Origin: Nitrosopumilaceae archaeon
Lineage (GTDB): Archaea; Thermoproteota; Nitrososphaeria; Nitrososphaerales; Nitrosopumilaceae
DNA length: 26,195 nucleotides
Assembly (NCBI GenBank): GCA_037386265.1
Contig: JARRMG010000011.1
Span: 1 to 26,195, forward strand
Reading direction: 5' to 3'
Shown piece after piece: positions 23,437 to 26,195 of this stretch. Numbering within the stretch: position 1 is the stretch's first letter; each line of letters begins with the position of its first letter. The position numbers and the translations under genes were made by a program. The notes under the pieces are model-generated. The model was not told where the DNA came from. It searched no databases and saw nothing but the letters and a program-made list of their open reading frames with translations.

Positions 23437-24798
23437 TTGGCAATTTTACCCATAGATAGTGGTCGATATGGAACCAAAGAGATGATGGAGATCTTCTCTG
23501 AGCAAAAAAAGGTCGATTATCAACTCCAAATAGAAGGAGCAGCTGCCCTTTCCCAAAGTGAAATTGGCCTAATTCCAAAGACTGTTGGAAGAAAGGTATT
23601 CACAGCTGCAAATTCCGGCAAAATTACTGCAAAAAGAATCAAGGAATTAGAAGCAAAAAGTGATCATGACACTGCAGCTTTGGTCGAATCCCTCAGTGAA
23701 AAATGCACAAAAGAAGTAAGGCCATGGATTCATTATGGTTTAACAAGTAACGATTTAGTTGACACTAGCAACTCAATGCAAATGCGAGATGCATTAAAAA
23801 TAATTGAACCTAAAGTTGCAAAGATGGCATTAGTCTTGGCAAAAAAGGCTGTTCAATACAAAAGCCTCCCAGCAGTAGGTAGAACACATGGGCAACATGC
23901 AAGTATCATATCTTTTGGATTAAAGTTTGCCAATTGGGCAGCGGAGATGTCAAAACATGTCGAGCGAATTGAAGAAATAAAGAAGAGAATATTGATTTGC
24001 AAAACTCTAGGGGTTGTCGGTACTGGTTCCTTGATGGGTGCAAAGTCAATTGATGTACAAAAGAAAGTTGCAAAAAGATTGGGGTTAGTTCCAGCAGAAG
24101 TTACAACTCAAGTAATTCCAAGAGAAAGATATGCAGAGTATGTATTTGAATTGGCATTGATTGGAGCAACACTAGAAAAAATTGCAATAGAAATTAGAAA
24201 TCTTCAGAGAACAGAGATTGGTGAAGTAGCAGAACAATTCAAAAAAGGTCAAATGGGAAGTAGTGCAGTCCCCGTAAAACGAAACCCAATCAAAAGTGAA
24301 CGTGTGTCATCATTATCAAAATTATTACGAAGTCAAGTTGGAGTATCATTTGAGAACATTCCATTGTGGCATGAGCGAGACTTGTCAAATTCAGCAAATG
24401 AGAGATTTATCCTTCCAACTGCATCAATATTAGTAGATGAAATGCTTGAAACCATGACTAGAATTATTTCAAACCTTATAGTAAATGAGAAGAGAATTGT
24501 AGAAAATCTGCAAATTACAAAGGGTCAGATATTTGCAGAGTTTGTCTTGGAGGCCTTAATCAAAAAAGGAATTCCAAGATTTGTTGCCTACAGAGACGTT
24601 CAACGTGTGGCCTTTGAGGCAAAAGACAAGGATATGCAGTATAGTGATGCCATAAAGGCAGATAAGGCATTCACAGCTAATCTTTCAGAAAAAGAGATAG
24701 ACTCTATATTTTCCCCAGATAAGCATCTTGGCGCATCAAGCATTATCATTGGCAATGTTAACAGGTCCGTTGCAAAGAACTGCAAGAAAATTATCTAG
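23437..24798 (+). CDS. purB: Adenylosuccinate lyase
   Basis: HYGLTSND, GRTHGQHA, signature GSSAVPVKRNPIKSE and LWHERDLSNSANER; 453 aa. Confidence 0.95.
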   Translation: MAILPIDSGRYGTKEMMEIFSEQKKVDYQLQIEGAAALSQSEIGLIPKTVGRKVFTAANSGKITAKRIKELEAKSDHDTAALVESLSEKCTKEVRPWIHYGLTSNDLVDTSNSMQMRDALKIIEPKVAKMALVLAKKAVQYKSLPAVGRTHGQHASIISFGLKFANWAAEMSKHVERIEEIKKRILICKTLGVVGTGSLMGAKSIDVQKKVAKRLGLVPAEVTTQVIPRERYAEYVFELALIGATLEKIAIEIRNLQRTEIGEVAEQFKKGQMGSSAVPVKRNPIKSERVSSLSKLLRSQVGVSFENIPLWHERDLSNSANERFILPTASILVDEMLETMTRIISNLIVNEKRIVENLQITKGQIFAEFVLEALIKKGIPRFVAYRDVQRVAFEAKDKDMQYSDAIKADKAFTANLSEKEIDSIFSPDKHLGASSIIIGNVNRSVAKNCKKII

Positions 24799-25546
24799 TT
24801 TTTAGAAGCTTTCTGTGGATTTTGGTCCCATATTGTAGTGCTTTTTTTCTTTTATTGTAAGAGATTTCGGGAACTTGAACATCCTTTGCGAGTTTTCGAA
24901 TTGCATGCTTTCTCATCAGATCTTCTGAATCCAAAATCTTTTCTGATATTGGAATAGTTTTTGCAAATTCAATAAATTCTGGAGACAAAAGTGGCTGGAT
25001 TATCTTGACTCCAAATTCAGAAGAAATTAGATTTACTGCCTTCATCATTAGTAGTTCATTTTCCAGCTTTGAATCCATTAACTCTAAAATCTTTGATTCA
25101 CCCTCTGAGAAGACATCCCTATATGCATTGTACCCACAAAACAGCTCATCAATTCCGTTTGCAGTAACAACAGTATCAATGTCAAGACTTTGAGCAAGTT
25201 TAGATACATAGTAAAACGCAATACAGTTTTCATTCCAAGAAAGATTCTCGGTCTTTATTTTTTGGTTAATGTCAGATGATATTTTCCCAAATGTTTCAGG
25301 CTCGATTTCGAGTATATGATGAGAGAGTTTTAATTTCTCATTGACCTCTTTTGCAAACAAAATATCATGAGACTCAAAAAATCCAATTGTAAGCAGAGTT
25401 ATATTATAATCCAAGTCAGAGAGAACTTTTGAAATCAGAGTACTGTCAACACCGCCAGAAAATGCCACACCGACTCTTTTTTTGGGAACAGTTTTTGTTA
25501 TTGCATTTTTGATGTTTGTTAAGAGTTCATTGTTCATTTTATTCAC
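24791..25546 (-). CDS. Asparagine-synthase C-terminal-domain protein (PP-loop, no glutaminase domain)
   Basis: GVAFSGGVDST PP-loop, TANGIDELFCGY and RKKKALQYGT. Confidence 0.85.
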   Translation of the reverse strand: MNKMNNELLTNIKNAITKTVPKKRVGVAFSGGVDSTLISKVLSDLDYNITLLTIGFFESHDILFAKEVNEKLKLSHHILEIEPETFGKISSDINQKIKTENLSWNENCIAFYYVSKLAQSLDIDTVVTANGIDELFCGYNAYRDVFSEGESKILELMDSKLENELLMMKAVNLISSEFGVKIIQPLLSPEFIEFAKTIPISEKILDSEDLMRKHAIRKLAKDVQVPEISYNKRKKALQYGTKIHRKLLKTR

Positions 25547-25625
25547 AAAATTTCAGACTGTTCAAGATAGAAAGGTATCTGATATTATTCTTTAACTTTT
25601 AAAGTAGTAGAAGATTAGAAAATTT

Positions 25626-25904
25626 ATGATGAAATTATCTCCAGAGGAAATTTCAGTGGAGATCCAAAATCTCCCAGGGTGGTCTGTTCAGGATGAAAAA
25701 CTTCACAAGGATTTTGAGTTTGGGACCTTCAATGAGGCATTTGGTTTTATGACAAGAGCTGCAATGGAGATAGAAAAAATGAATCACCATCCAGAGTGGT
25801 TCAATGTATACAACAGACTTTCAGTAGACTTGACTACCCATGATGCTGGGGGAATCACTCTTAATGATATCAAGTTAGCCAAGATTCTAAATTCACTTGC
25901 TTGA
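25626..25904 (+). CDS. phhB: Pterin-4-alpha-carbinolamine dehydratase
   Basis: F.F..F.EAFGFM..AA...[14 protein letters not shown]...[16 protein letters not shown]. Confidence 0.92.
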   Translation: MMKLSPEEISVEIQNLPGWSVQDEKLHKDFEFGTFNEAFGFMTRAAMEIEKMNHHPEWFNVYNRLSVDLTTHDAGGITLNDIKLAKILNSLA

Positions 25905-25977
25905 GTTTTTGATGTCAGAGATTTTTTACATTAATTCTACTATTATCAACAGCCCTATGGTATTTGGATAATCTTAA

Positions 25978-26195
25978 CTAAGTTTTGAAAATCCCACGGT
26001 GTTTGGACAGATTTTTTTCTGTTCTTTTTCTTGCCTTTTTTTCCTTGTGTTCTTCTCTAAAATGCTCTAAGCGATGTTTTTCATGGATAAATTCTTGACC
26101 ACATTCAGTACATTTTACAATAGTATGATGATGTGCCTTTCGAACATGCTTGACTAGATCATCATGATTAGAAAATTTTTCACTGCATTCTGTAC
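25978..26195 (-). CDS. Partial (5' end outside window) tandem C2H2 zinc-finger protein
   Basis: Manual translation ...TECSEKFSNHDDLVKHVRKAHHHTIVKCTECGQEFIHEKHRLEHFREEHKEKKARKRTEKNLSKHRGIFKT*. Confidence 0.8.
   Translation of the reverse strand, partial: TECSEKFSNHDDLVKHVRKAHHHTIVKCTECGQEFIHEKHRLEHFREEHKEKKARKRTEKNLSKHRGIFKT

Noticed and set aside
1400-25193. Antisense or nested ORFs in the track (e.g. 1400-1699, 1551-1748, 4098-4283, 4922-5122, 5533-5889, 6025-6324, 8386-8610, 8975-9238, 8979-9233, 9727-10002, 10242-10439, 10949-11215, 11118-11306, 11946-12230, 13073-13261, 14984-15184, 15141-15347, 16169-16351, 19708-19947, 21183-21392, 21914-22258, 22311-22637, 22738-22920, 23194-23382, 24600-24785, 25005-25193)
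   Set aside because: They are shadows of better-supported genes and have no recognisable motifs.
1-26195. tRNA, rRNA, transposase, integrase or provirus structural genes
   Set aside because: No recognisable sequence for any of these on either strand.

Overview
AT-rich archaeal window that looks like an ammonia-oxidising Nitrososphaerota (Nitrosopumilaceae-like) chromosome. This is inferred from the VPQWVKNNACWW surface repeat, DUF1059 and DUF6659-like proteins, leaderless promoters and the purB / AsnB-C / pterin dehydratase block at the right end. Positions 1-23400 are an accessory region with about 15 Cys/His-rich microproteins (most below the ORF-track cut-off), RHH/AbrB/wHTH regulators, sulfur-handling genes (cysteine-synthase-like PLP enzyme fused to rhodanese, rhodanese-rhodanese-MBL plus TauE, DUF302), a Kal-like aminoacyl-CoA ammonia-lyase, secreted proteins and several genes with apparent internal deletions. 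The main finding is a palindrome, TTAAC-N3-GTTAA, present seven times and always exactly 8 bp upstream of a TATA-like box. Six copies form two mirror-image three-promoter arrays around a central wHTH gene (17249-19615). The middle unit of each array is a 110-118 nt element closed by an identical 11-bp stem, ATGCAGAAGCA/TGCTTCTGCAT, a candidate new structured RNA family co-regulated with metal-binding microproteins and a cupredoxin remnant. Family assignments come from motif recognition only; no database search was run.
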